A program made the position numbers and the translations under genes. A DNA stretch of 64,000 bases from assembly GCF_009914755.1 (NCBI RefSeq), contig NC_060947.1, one strand, 5' to 3'. This document shows, piece by piece, positions 12,586 through 29,769 of the stretch; the first letter of the stretch is position 1; each line of letters starts with the position of its first letter. The stretch comes from the human T2T-CHM13v2.0 reference genome, Homo sapiens. The notes below the pieces were generated by a model that made no database searches, was not told the DNA's origin, and worked only from the letters and a program-made list of their open reading frames with translations.

Positions 12586-13729
12586 ATAGTAACCTTCCAT
12601 AGTTAGAGAACTTTGTTCTAAATGTTGCATTTTTGCCTTGAGAAGAATAAAAACAAGAAAAAGAAAGAGGTATCTAGTCCATTTGGGGGATTCTTAAAAG
12701 CTGAGAATGAATCCAGTGGCTGGATAGCCACCCTATTATCAATTGAAGATATTATTTGTCTAACCACTATGTGAACACATGCCTTTTGCGGGTTTATGCC
12801 AGTCTGGTCCCTCATCACAGTGTTAGAAAACTCAAATGGATAAGCAAATAACACCTGACATTCACTTAACCACACCTGGGCTGACTGAAATGTAGCATTC
12901 AGCAAAGAGCCAACTATTTTTAACTCATTAAAACACTAGTTATCATCAGAAAATCACTAATTTACTTGACAAGTAGTTATGAAAAGGCATAAAGAGACTT
13001 TTTATCATTCAGAGATGGAACAATTATTTATCTGTTTTCTACTTATCTAGCTTCCTTGTACCAAGCAGTAGTGCCACTTCTTAAGTCTACATTTGAATTT
13101 CCCCCATGCTGGATGGTTAGTAGAAGGCCATAGAGGAAGCTTTCAAAAATAAGTATAGTTGAATTTAATTTCATACCAGATCCTATTGGAAACTTTATGG
13201 AAGCAGCCTTGTGGGAATGTAGCTCTTCTGGAAAAAATGTTTAATAAAGCTTGCTATCAAAATAAATAAAAATCCGTACATCTTATTGACTTATTTAAGA
13301 ACTGTCCCTGAGCTCAAAGGGCTTTACAAAGCTTAACCCCAGCAATGCAAATGAGAAGAGAAGGCAATATAGGCTTTGAAGCTGCCACTTCCACTGGGTA
13401 TCAAAGAGACATTGGAACAGCCGAGGGACTCCAGGAGGAAGATGGCTGCAGCAGGAACACATAAACAACTAGCCATGAAAAAAAAATGTGTTTTTCTATT
13501 TATGTTGGCCTCCAGTAATCTTTGACTTCTATCTTTTAAATCTTACTTCAGAATTACTTCCTAGAGTCCAGTTTCTTAGAGGTGAGAATAATTTTGAAGT
13601 TCTATGTTTAAACCCTGTTCTTATGCTACAGTCAAAAGCCCCTTGATATTTGCATCTTCGCTGATGATAGGTTTTGTTTCTGGTAGTTATTCTCATGGGA
13701 GAAACTAAATGTAATGAATACTCTTATAG

Positions 13730-13985
13730 AATGAGTATAGTCTAAAGGGTATGGAATTTGGAATCAGACATACTGGTTCTCAAATTTCAATTTTGCCACT
13801 TGCTGTCTGTGAGACCTTGCCAAATTATTTAATCTTTTCAAGCCTCCATTCAGTTATTTGTAATATATGTATCACTATTCCTGAGCTATCTGGGTTGTGA
13901 TGAGAATCAAACAAGATAACTGAGTGTAAAGCATCTAGTACAGTGCTTGGAGCAGAGTGGCATTCCATAAATGCTATCTATTATC
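13730..13985 (+). mobile_element. MIR
   Basis: ggaatcagac..ggttc.caaat...gtaaagcatctagtacagtgcttgg. Confidence 0.7.
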
Positions 13986-14305
13986 CTGCTACAGAGCAAG
14001 TTGCCTGAGATTAAGGGATACTGACAATGCTGCCTATACTACTGGAAAATAATATATAATAACTTAGGCCAGTGTTTGACCTATATTAGTCATTTAGTAA
14101 ATGTTAGTTATTAATTGTCTTCATCCTTGTTAGTAGCAGACCAAATATAGTTGAGATCAATCAACTGATTCTAACATTATCATGAAATAGATAAATGAGC
14201 AGCGTTTAGAGCAAATTCATACAAATCTGACTTTGTTTAATCAAGTATATTGGCTTCTTTTTACTCTGATTAAGATAAAGTTCAAAAACAAAAATAAAAT
14301 GAGGA

Positions 14306-14763
<458 letters not shown>

Positions 14764-16299
14764 TTAAGCAAAGAGCAAATATGTTGTTGTATATGAAACT
14801 GACAGCTTGATATGTGGATGATATGAATTGTATCTCAAAGTTTAGGTTCTTTGGGGGAGGAAGTAAGGGACAGGAAAAAACCTCTAAGCATGTTTCTGGG
14901 TCTATTGATTTTTGGAAGGTTAATAGATCGGTTAGTGTTTTAACTTGAGCTGAAAGAGTAAGAATAATAGGAAGACAGAAAGTCTTCACAAATATTTTAT
15001 TTCTTCTAATTTATCTAATTTTTAGGAGAAACTCAACCTTTTATAACTCCTCGACATGCACATAATTAATATTAAGCCTCCATAGAAAAATGCCATGAAA
15101 TATTCATCCATTGAACCTGCCCCACTGAGCCTGTCAATAGCAAAACAGTGACATGACTTAAAAATTTATTTTCTATTTTAACAAACAAATATTTTGTCTT
15201 TTGAAGATATAAGATCAGTGGAGTTTTTCTCTAGGGAAAACATCATCATTTCCATTGTATTGACTTTCTGATTACTTTAGAAGAAAGTTTTGATAATCTT
15301 ACGGCTGAAATACCATTTTCTATTGACTCAAGGTCTTCAGCATCAAGTAAAAATAGAACATAATTGTTAAAAAGAGCAGATGGTATATCTATTAAAGTCA
15401 ACACATCTTCCTAAACATATGGCTGAACAGGTTAACTAAAGGATAAAGTGGTGAGGATTGTATTGAAAATTGACAGCTGTAAAATATTTTCTTGTCTTTT
15501 AAAAGACATGTGTTTTAGGAAAATTCACACAATACGATACTGTGTCTATGAGTTGTTTATTTTCAGGACTCTAAAATTGCTAAGGAGCTCAGCTTTATTC
15601 ACACAAAGGGTCACGAGGACTATTTATCCTAAAATGACAAAAGAGTGAGACGTCTGAAACTAATTAGGGTGAAAGTGAATGAGTATAGGCAGGCATCGCA
15701 TTAAAAAGAACATGTTTTAAAAGGCCCTGAGCACACTGAAAGAGACATTGTGATGAATTTCAAACTAAAATATTCTATAAGAAAGGGCTTTGAATGTCTC
15801 AAGTTATTATCCTTAATATTCTTCTGTAAATAATCTTATGTTGTATTTTAAAGCCCTAATGCTTCTAGAACCAGTTGTTCTAAAGAAGAACTGTACTGAT
15901 ACTAGTTTTTTCTATTTGAAAAAGGTATTCATTGCTTTTTAAAAATAACAGAACTTAAATTAACTTGCTTATTCCCTTTTTCACTGAAATTGTTCATCTA
16001 TGTAGCCTTGGTAATAATATTACTAAGGTAATTATTTCTGTTGAGAGCACATAAAAAGATGTATGGCAAGTGTCCTAGAAGAGCAACAAATAAAGTAGCA
16101 TTAAAAAAAATCTTAATCAGCATTTAAACAACATCAATGATAACAACAATATAAACTTTTATCATAGTAACCTTTCCTCAATAATGACTTCAACTCAAAG
16201 TGAGCAATAAGCTTAAATAACCCCCAGGACACTGTCATCACTGATTGTGTCTTTCTAGGGTTGAACTGTCAATTCAACATATTAGGCAAAGCAGCTTAC

Positions 16300-16510
16300 C
16301 AATTGCTGTAGTTAACACGAATACTTGCTCCATCTTTTTTCCATCATTGTAAAACGCCAGATACCAAGGTCCTTGATCCATATACTCTATGAAACCTGTC
16401 TCCTGAAGCGAAGTTAAGATCAGGTTCCGAGGGGAGTGCTGTGTATCATCAGAGCCCTTGGAGTCCTGCTTGACCAGCTGTTTGCCATCCATTAGTTTTA
16501 CAAAATCAAA
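16300..16510 (-). CDS. TENM1: TENM1 coding exon, 211 nt, phase 0-1
   Basis: FDFVKLMDGKQLVKQ...GPWYLAFYNDGKKMEQVFVLTTAI. Acceptor ttgttccag|TTT, donor ATTG|gtaagc. Confidence 0.97.
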
Positions 16511-16662
16511 CTGGAACAAATACAAACATGAAGATGAGCCACTACTTTTTCTTCTAGACTGATAAACATCCCTAACTTCAACTGCCCTATTTCTTACTTC
16601 TTTGCTTTGAAGTTGAGCAAATTGGAAGAGGAGGTTATCAATTTTTAAGTATATTTAGACTT

Positions 16663-16761
16663 GGCCAGGCACGGTGGCTCATGCCTGTAATCCCAACACT
16701 TTGGGAGGCGAGGACAGGAAGATCACTTGAGCCCAAGGGTTTCAGACCAGCCTGGGCAACA
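16663..16761 (+). mobile_element. Old Alu monomer fragment (FLAM/AluJ-like)
   Basis: ggccaggcacggtggctcatgcctgtaatccc...gatcacttgagccca...cagcctgggcaaca. Confidence 0.85.
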
Positions 16762-17969
16762 AATTTTATAAAAATTTTTAAAAGTTTTTTAAAGAGCATA
16801 TTTAAACTCAAAAACATATTATTAATTATGAAGAAACCCTCACTGTAATTAAAAATATTATAAACCTTTCAGTTTGAGAGTATTCAAAATAATTGTTTAA
16901 AAATGAATAAATAAAAAACAGAAAGAAATCTTGTTTAGTATTATGCAGGAGAATCTTGACATTTTACTAAAGCATCTGATAGAAGATACTTGAAAATACA
17001 CCTTCCACTCATAAATGTTACTGTGACCTTCTCTACAAATTAAAAACAGTTGTATAGTCTTTAAAATAAATGAACAGTCAAAAATTTGAGAACATTCATC
17101 ATAATTTACTACGTTTGTGGGTGACATATTTACATATTCAAAAGGCCCCTCCTCTCCATTTTTTCTAATCAGTTGACAAGGACCTGGCACATGTTTCCTT
17201 GAACATTTATTTTTTGAATCACATTTGAATGCATTCTAATTCCGTTTCTATTCTGGCCCAGAAGGTAAGGTTGTTTTTTAGTTTGTTTCTTTGTTTAGCA
17301 TGATCTCTTGACTAACTGAAGGTAAGGTTTTAACTATAGTCATATCTGTTGGGGAAAAAACAAGCCCCAGTGTTTGATCACTTTTTCTACTTCTTAGATG
17401 AAGTAGTGCTCGAAATGGGTTCATGTGGGGAAAAAATAAGGAGAAGAAAATAAGAGAAATGAGATGTTTAAAGTTTATGGAAGGGCTATAAAAATCATAG
17501 AAGTTTTACACATTTAAGTTATTAACAACAGTAAAGAAAAATTTCTACCTGTAAGACAAAACCTAACTTTTTGACTAATTTCTCACTAATTTCTGATTAA
17601 TATGCGTTCCTTCATTGGGAAAAGGGGACACAGATGTATGAAATCAGTGAAGGGACTGTGGGCAGTAAAGCTAAGCAAGATGAGAGGTCTGGGAAGCTCA
17701 TGAACAGCCGGTTCCAGGAAGCAGAAGTCAAATTTAAAGGGTGTGTCTTAAACTTTCTTTTCTGAATCTGCTCTGCTAAATGTTATTCCTTATTTCTCCA
17801 TGTCATTTTTTTCATTAGTTTCAGTGTAATTATTCTGGATATTTATTCATGACAAATATTTTTCTGTCCTTACCTTTGACAACCACATATTTCATAAGTC
17901 ACAAACCCTGAACTGTTCAACCCATCACCCTTGAAAAGGGTTTAAGAAAATACCTATAATATCAAATAC

Positions 17970-18169
17970 CTGAGTATGTGTAGGTGGAATGTTTCTTCTG
18001 CCATAAATTCCCAGCAGAGAGTCCTTGGCTAAAGAAATATTGAACTTCAGATATATTGGATGGTGGATAGTAATCTGGAAACGCCAGAATAAACCAGGTG
18101 GAATGGTCTGCATGACCTGTGCACCAATGTCAACTTCTCCAGTGTCTATCGCCCGTCCCTTCTGAAACA
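17970..18169 (-). CDS. TENM1: TENM1 coding exon, 200 nt, phase 1-0; extracellular stalk domain
   Basis: (V)[66 protein letters not shown]. Acceptor actag|TG, donor CAG|gtattt. Contains an N-I-S sequon. Confidence 0.97.
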
Positions 18170-19379
18170 CTAGTTTTAAAGGTAGAGAAAATTACACACC
18201 ATGTTAATCTTAATTTATAAAGCAATGGTTTTTAGCTTTTCAAGAACAGATATATCAAAATAACTTACTCAGCTTTTTCTTCCTCCCCACCCCATCTGTC
18301 TTTCAAGGCCTTGCCCAAATTAAATATCATCTAAGAAGCCTTCCCCAACCACCCACTATGTCAGTCTCTCTCTTCTCTTCAAACCCTATTGCATTTATTT
18401 CAATCAATTTCACTCCTTTTAACCATTATTTACTGAGTGCTGTCTTGGTAGCTGCAAGAGATACAAAGATGAGTAAGAGGCAGTTGTTGCTCTCAAGGAG
18501 CATTGAAAATAGGGAAAATAGGACAAGCACATATAACCTCACTGTAAAGAAAAATAAGTGCTCTGTGTATTTGAAAGAGGGAAAGTTATTTGGTTGGAGG
18601 ATACTCCTCATCTCTAGCTATCTCTATCCTCTTTATCTTCTTGTATTTCTCCTTAGCACTTATCACCATCTAACATACTACATATTTTACTTATTTATTG
18701 TTTATTGTCTATTTTTCCTCAATAGAAAGTAAGCTCTGTGCGGACAAGCACTGTGGCTGTTTTATTCGTCGGTATATTCCCAGTACCTAGAACAATGTAG
18801 GCAACTGTAGGCAAAGAACATAGACGATACATATGTATTCATAGAACAAATGGATGAATGAGAAAAAGTTACTATGGGAAGTGGCACTGAAGATGAGCCT
18901 TAGAGGAGGACAAGGATTTCAAAAGAGTTATTGGGAAGAGTGGCGCACATGGAAAGGATGGCTTGAACTAAAAAGAGGAAAGAAACTGTAAAGCTAAGGT
19001 GTAGGGTATGTGTCTATAGAGAGGAGCAGTTGGAGTTAGGGCTGGAGGGAAGAAGGAAATCATGTTGTCTAGGGCCTAGAGGACCAGTCAAAAGGGTTTA
19101 TTTAATAAAGGATAGAAAGCCATTAAAGGTTTTTCAGAAGAGGGAAGAGGTTTGGGTACATTAGAAAGGCTAATCTTGAGGCAGAGGTGGGACGAATTAG
19201 AGCAGACGGACACAAGAATGACATAGGAATTATGGGTGATTCAAGTGAAATGACATGAAGATCTAAATTTAGGGTATGCCCAAACAGCTCATATAGAAAA
19301 ACTACATCTCAGTGAAAAATAATTTCATGTGAATGGAAAGAAGGAGAAGATATGAGAGACAATGCTAAGGAAGATACTG

Positions 19380-19535
19380 CAGTAGAGATTCTCAAACTTT
19401 AATGCGTACAAGAAGGCAGTTTTTTAAAATACAATTCTGATTCAGAAGGTCCAAAGTCAGACATTTTTAACAAGTTCCCAAGTGATGCCCATGTCGCATG
19501 GTCTACAGCCCACACCCTGAGAAGCAAAGCTCTAG
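19380..19535. mobile_element. MER5A-like element
   Basis: ttctcaaactttaatgcgtacaaga...tttaacaagttcccaagtgatgcc...ctgagaagc. Confidence 0.6.
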
Positions 19536-21217
19536 AGAACATTAAGTGTTGGGGCCAATGGAGGGTCAAAGCTAACCCCGTGATTGTGAGTTGGGGGATT
19601 TAGACAGTGCTAATAGCAAAAACAGGAGCTGGTCTGTGAGGGAGGATGTTGAGTTTGGGCAATCAGAGCTTTATTATTTATTGTCATATTTTCCAATGAT
19701 TTCTGATGTGCCAGTTTAATATGTGTTTTCATGGAATTTTTTGTTTTGTGGTAATGGGGAGGGTAGGAATACAAGAGGAGGAGCAAGATTTAGTTTGCCT
19801 TGATTTTAAGCAAGGAGGGTTACATCTCAGGTGAGAAAGCTCAACTTGGCCTCATTTCACATCACCTTTATTTTTTTCAGCCATCAACTCCTTCTCCAGA
19901 CCAAACACAGTTTTAAAACACACATGGTCTCTGTTCTTTGTGCTCACCCATTATAAAGTTAACAGCCCATTAAGAAACACACCTGCAGTGGCTTTATTCA
20001 GTGGCCAATGCCTTGCAGCTTTTAACTCCCTAAAATACCTCCATTATTGCTTTTTGTGTTAAGGCCAACAGTAATAACTATTTTAAGAATGTTCACTGTT
20101 AACTGTTAATAATAGATTTCAAATGCAATTTTGTACATAATTATGTATTACAGGACACATAATTTTGTGGAATTGACATTTATAATAAAATAGGCTCTTT
20201 GAAATGATAAATGACCAACTGAGGACCTTATTTTTCACTGAAAGTTACTTTTTTCCATGTGAGACAGATCAATTTGGCCCCTAAAGGGCTGATTATACAT
20301 TTAACTCTTAAGTCCTAGAGCTGACAATGTCTTCAATGAGCAGACAATTAACAGACCATGTTTATGTGGCACTTCTGTTCGCAAGTTAATGTTCAGTTTA
20401 TTCAACTGCTATCCTCATTAGGGGCTTTTATCAATCTTAAAATGCATCATTTGGTTATGCAAACAATATTATAAATATAAAACAATTCAAAATGTTCTAG
20501 GTTTGACAAACACTGTTTTAAAGGTGCTAAGAATAGACTTTAATGAATAGATATTGTCATTTTTTAAAAATCTGAACAAAACTGGTTGATGGACATTAAC
20601 CTTTATATTAAAACCTTACCAAATACTACACCATCTCTTTATTCTGCACTTTATAGCATCATATATTACATAATGAAGCTACTTAAATGTTATTCAATAA
20701 ATCAAAAGAAAGGAAGTTGTGTTGTTGGGCTTCTCTGTTTATTAGCAAGTCTATGTATCTGGAGTACATATGCATAAGTTATTCATGAAAATAATTTTAA
20801 AAGAAGTTGATCTCATCCCTTGAAAGCTTCATTACAGCTAAGACAAGGTAGATGAACAGAGATGACAACATACGAATGAGCACGTGGACTGTAATTTAAA
20901 TAAAAATAGGCAAAGCAAGCTAGTTGTGGTGATTTGGTATTAGAGAAGAGACATTCTCACAGCTTGTAGGTGGAAAATTTCTCAGCCTCTTACCCTTTAG
21001 AGTTTCATGCATCAGAAAGGAAGATATTTCCCTGTTAGCAATCTAGACCACTAAATAGACTGCTCCATTTTATCATCTCTCAAAATTTGTTATAGACTAT
21101 AGTACAATAACTATGAATTCATTATTTAACTATTTTCCTTAATGTAGCCAAAAGGTGTGGCAAACTAAAGAGAAGGAAATTAAATGTAGAAAAACAATAC
21201 AAAATAGTATTTTTTGA

Positions 21218-21348
21218 GGCCAGGTGCGGTGGCTCATGCCTATAATCCTAGCACTTCGGGAGGCCAAGGCGGGTGGATAACCTGAAGTCAGGAGTTCGAG
21301 ATCAGCCTGGCCAATATTGTAAAACCCTGTCTCCAGTTAAAAAAAAAA
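21218..21348 (+). mobile_element. AluS left arm only
   Basis: Left monomer ends in an A run; no right arm follows. Confidence 0.88.
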
Positions 21349-23719
21349 GGATTTTTTTTCCAAAAATTTCTGTATTAATATAGGTAAATGGGATCTATTT
21401 GGCCAAACTTAACACTGACTCTGATCCTTTGTTTGCAAATTGTAAACAGCAGAGATAGAATACAGCATCCAGGTACAATTTTATTTATTTTTGCAATATG
21501 CCTGTTCTAATTGGCATTTAATCTCTTATTTTACTAAAGCATACTGGAAAACCTAGGAAGACCATATTCTCCAGTTATAGAACACTTCCTTGCACAAATT
21601 TGAGATTAAATGCAGAGAGCCACAGATCATATCAAGCTGTGCAGTACTGTAGTTATCACAGTCTCACCAATATCCACCAATTTAGTTTGAGCTAAACACT
21701 CTCTTTATAGGTTGCAACACAGGCATCAACTGCTGAGCAGGAAAAACCAATGGTAGACAGGCTGTGTTGAAAGAGGGCACACTAAGTGATGGTAACTCAG
21801 TTCCAAAAGAAAAGGTCAAGATACTTGGAAGGTGAAAAAAAAAGGGGCCTGGAATTGGTGACAGACAATGTGTGCAGTGGCGGTATCACCTAAATCAAGA
21901 CTCCATTATATCTAGACTCAGACACACACTTGAATACTAATTACATGATTACTAATGACATTGTTCATATAAAATAGGAGGTAAATAACTATATTCTGCA
22001 CATATGTGTATATTTATTTTTTCTATTTAATATAGCTAGACGTGGTACATTCAATGATCCTATGCAAAACTCGGTTGAATATTGATAGAAGATAGTGAAA
22101 CATGGTCATTAAAAAGATTCCACCATTACATTTTAAGGTAAAAATGATCAAGTTAAAGGCTATGGTATAGCCCATAACAGCAATCTGAGTTGTATTTTAA
22201 AGACATTTGCAAGTTTCACAAAGTATCTAAGCTATGTTTTCCAAAGAGAAGAAATATATGCATTCAGAGCATATTTGTCCTTTACTTCACCCTATAACAT
22301 GCTCAAAATCTTTAAAAGATATTGGTGTGTTTTTCAGCCAAATTAGACCTAGTGTGTGTCTCACGATATAAGTATCATCTTCTTTATGTTCCTCTGAATA
22401 TAATACTTGTTTAACAGTAACAAGTCTTCGCAAATTTAGATTAGCAGTGCTTGGAGCAAAATGGGAGGTGGAACTAACCTCTTCCCTGTGATTAAATGCT
22501 TTAAAGGGTTCAAAGGGGTATAGCAAAAGCCATCTGAAAGGTAGGTGGAAAGCTACTGTTTCCATCTATGTAGCTTAATGTAATTTTCCTTACGTGAACT
22601 ATCGAAGAGAAATATGTATTCAACTCTCAATTTTTCAGGGGTAGATTTTCTGGGTTATGGATTACACATGCTTTTGTATCCATTATATTACCCAAAAGTA
22701 GTCAAGAGAAAAAGAAAAGAATAAACCTTGCGCCTGGTGGGAACTTGGTAAACACTGCTTGGATACATTAATAAATTAGTAATGTTGATAATTTTTTTGT
22801 TGATAGTAATTTTGATAATATATTTGACATTTTAGTCAAAACGTACAACTTTTTTTATTACTCTCAACTATGTGATAGGTAGGTCATCATATAATTGTTT
22901 TTATTAAATGTCCAGTAAGTAGATGTCAAGAATTTACTGGTGAGAGGAAGAATTATAACTATTTACACACATAGGCCTTGGCAATTAACTGTGAATAAAA
23001 TATGTTTGTAAATAAAATCCTCTGATATGACACTGATAATAGATAGCTCACTGTGTAGAAAAGTTAATTAACTAATCTTACAATTGAGAAATACATTACT
23101 TGTATAAGTGTAAACAATTATGTCCAAACACCAAAAGACTACAGATACCAGTACAGTAGCTTATTTAGTATTGCTTACATCTTCTCAGGTAGAAGTAAAA
23201 TGGCATTGCTAAAATCTTATCCTTAATTAAAGGACTTATTTTGAGTTGCATTTTGACTCTGTATATCTGTTTTTGAAGCTATATCATTTAAAAGACACAA
23301 TTCTCTATTTAGAAGGATTTCTTTAAATTTTGTTGTAAAAACTTCCACATTCCCAAAAACTTTAGTTTCACAGTTCTTCTGGTGTGGTCTGTTGACCATT
23401 AGGTAGCATTCAGAAAAATGAGTTTCCAAACTTAAGGCTCTTGTGACTTGCTATACAATCTCACACGGTGTAATACAAATTACATTTGTAGACGTTTCTG
23501 TATACGGATTACAAATGGGTACATGAAGTAGCCAATTACTTTGACTTTTCTTGGTGAAAACTAAAATTGATATAAAGCACAAATGTATCATCAAGTTGTT
23601 ACATATTCAAACATTTACTCAGACTCATGGGTCAAGGTGGAATAAAATATCTCTTGAAAGAAAATATTGCCAATTGCAAAAAAATCCAAAGATTTATGAA
23701 TAAATATGACTATATGCAA

Positions 23720-25735
<2,016 letters not shown>

Positions 25736-26566
25736 AATACAGTTAGATAGTGTGAATTGGCATAGCATATACACAAAAACCATCATGTACTGTCACAAGA
25801 GTTTTGATGTATTTCCAAGTGGTTTTAGAATGTTACCTGCTACCTAGAAGCTGAACTATCCCCTGGCCAGTATTTTAGAATGTGTGATTGGTAGTACACA
25901 TCAGGGATGCCCATTTTCTATATTTCATACAATGTTAGATACTGTTATATGTCAGTTATCATTATCACATCATTCTTAACTTTGGATGGTGGCAGGATGG
26001 CTGATTATAGCTCAGTTAATCCAGTTCCCTCTCCTTTATTTTAGAATATAAGTCCCCAGAGGATAGAACATTCACATCTGTCTAAATTTTCGACAGCTAC
26101 TCATTGGGCATTTAATAAAAACAATTATATGATGAACTACCCATGACATAGTTGAGAGTAATGAGGGAATGGCATATCTTGTACTAGTCCTCCAGACTTG
26201 CCATATTGCTATAGCCTTTGATTTCTACCTTTTAGGCATGCAGAAATCTTCAATTACATGAATTAAAACTTCTCACAGACAAAACCCATGTCAGAGAGTA
26301 ATAATAATAATAATAGATGCTACCACACTTACTGTGTCCTCTTTTTCAGTTCCTATCTCTTATTTCTAAAATACCAAAATGCCTCTTTCATACTCAGTAT
26401 GCCATCCAATTTGATGTCCCAGTTTATCTCTAAGGCTCCTCCCTCCTCTTCTCTCCTGCTTATGCTGGGACTTTGGTCTTTTTGCAATCTTCTTTCTTAC
26501 TCATACTCGGTGTCTCCCTCTCTATTGGCTCCTCATTCTTTGTCTTCAAACAAACACAAGTCTCTC

Positions 26567-27001
<435 letters not shown>

Positions 27002-29064
27002 TTACCACCTAGGCTATTACCATCTGCATTTCCCCCTTACCATTCGATTATTCCATTCTCCTAAAAATGTACTCCTCAAGATCACTAGGAGTGATTTTTC
27101 TTGTTTTCCAAGGTCTGGCGCAAACTACTTCTCCAGAAACAGTCGTATTTTAATCTTCTTTCTTTTAAGCCTGTTAATCACCTAACCATCTTATTTTTAT
27201 TTCTGTACAACAGTTTGTTGCATGTTGTTTGTATTGTATGTGTATGTATGCATGTTTCTTCCAGCTCTCCTATGTAACGGGAATCTGCTCAAGGGCAAGC
27301 ACTATGTCTTCTGTTTTATTTGTTAGCTTTCCACAGTACTTAGTACAGTTAAAGTAGCAGCTTGGCTGATACAGGATTAAAAATTATGAGCTTCTGTGTT
27401 TCTGAATACTAAGAATTTCATTTTTGTTCCCTTGCTATTAGTTTAATGGAGCATTTGAGGTGGTCAGGTATGGTTTCTCTTTCAACTCAACTTTTTAACT
27501 GTTATTCTTCCCTCTCCTAGAACCAAGAAGAGAAGATGGTATCTGTGTATAGCTGTGGCTGACACTTTCAGTATAATTATAATGAAAATAGAAAATGACC
27601 ATTAAAATGACTAAGGGAAAATGGAAGCTACAAGAAGAATACAGAAGTAAACGCAAGGACTCTTAATATTAGACATGTGTAGGCTAAAAAAGAATGTGTG
27701 ATTATCATCTAGGAGATTACAAAAGTTACACGCAGGAAAAATGCAGATTTGTGCATTAAATTCTGGAACTGTAAAACTTCATAGTCAAAAGTAAACTTCA
27801 AGTAACTAGAATTACATTGGACTCCACAAAAAAGGCTAGTAAATGTTTAAACTTCCTTGAAAAGTAATACAGGTTCAAAGATATAAATGGATACTCAACA
27901 GAATTAAATATACACATGGCTGATAAACCTCTACAATGGACTAGCTCCTCCACAAAACTAAAATGTTGTAAAAATGTTATGGGAAGATCCCTTAGCTTTG
28001 AAAGGACTAGTCCAGGAGGATAAACATGGCATTCTATAGCATACCACTTAGTGACCCTGTCAGATGCAGACTGTTAGACTAGAGGGACCACAAGACAGAC
28101 CTATTTCTTACTGCATCACAGGAAAGGTGTGTATTAGTTTTTTTTTTTTTTTTTAAGTAAAATGAGGATGAAAATGAAACAAGAATGAAACACTAAACAT
28201 ATATGACCAAGGACATTTAACGTGAATTTTTAATACAATAAATAAGTTTGTCTTTCAGCATAGGGAACCCTTTCCATAAATCTGTTTTAGAAGTCAAGTC
28301 TCCAGTATGCTTTAGGAAAGCTTTTGTTAAAACTGAAGTATATTGATAAAGTGATTTAATATAGTTGAAAACAAGCTGCAGCACTCTAGCTGGGCCCTCT
28401 GAAACCTTCTGTTAGGGAAACATCTATATAGCATTATAGGAAACATTTACTGTAATTCGCCATCAATCTTTAAAAATAATACTGTTACACTCCCAACAAT
28501 GTTGTCTTTGTTAGCGCATTACTTCTATTTTATTCATGTGGTTTGTTGTGCTTACATGAATTATTCCCAATTCTACCTCAATATCTTGGGCTATAATATC
28601 CTTTAAATAAAAGATACTGAAACTATGGGTTGACTCAAAGGGCTGCTGAATATCCACATGTCCTATGAACCAATATTGCAGAACCACAGAATTATACTGC
28701 AGGACTGCGTTCCATCTGAATGCACAATGATTACCTGGGTGGGGTTGGTGCAGTTTTTTAGTTTGGTACCACATAATGAATCTTTATCTACTGATTGGGT
28801 CTGTGAAATAAATATCTGCCAAACCTTAAGTAAATTAAAATTTAACCTGTTATTTCAGGTCCACAATTGGCATTGTATAAAATGTTCCAAGGCATTTATG
28901 TCTCAGATAAAGCAAAAGAAAAAAAAAAAAAAAAAAAAAAAAAGCAAAACACACACATACACACACAAACACACCCCTCTTCTGGATAGGTCCACAATGA
29001 AAGGTGGCTGTAAACAGTACATTTTGCACTGTCATTTAGTTTTCAATTCCCAAGAGTACTTGTG

Positions 29065-29066
<2 letters not shown>

Positions 29067-29108
<42 letters not shown>
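29067..29108. repeat. (GT)n microsatellite, about 21 units
   Basis: Directly visible. Confidence 0.95.
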
Positions 29109-29110
<2 letters not shown>

Positions 29111-29360
29111 CTTTTGCTTTGTGGAGGAGGGAGAATGCTCGCTGAAAGGAGATCTTAGATGTGAAATATAAGATTTGCCAAGTACTCTTAAGGAAGAGTA
29201 CAGTATTTGAACTGTATGCATTGAGATTTTTAATCAAGATAGCCGTTATTTAAACAAACTGGCTTTGAGAAAGGAATTTTTTTGAAAAATGAAAGAAAAA
29301 GCCCAAGGAAGGGTGCTAACAGTAAGGAGAAACTGGATCACAATCTCAGCTCTGCCTTTA

Positions 29361-29769
<409 letters not shown>

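Noticed and set aside
28658-29237. 166-aa ORF and His/Thr-repeat ORFs
   Set aside because: Reading frames pass through poly(A), (CA)n and (GT)n runs, which lack stop codons.
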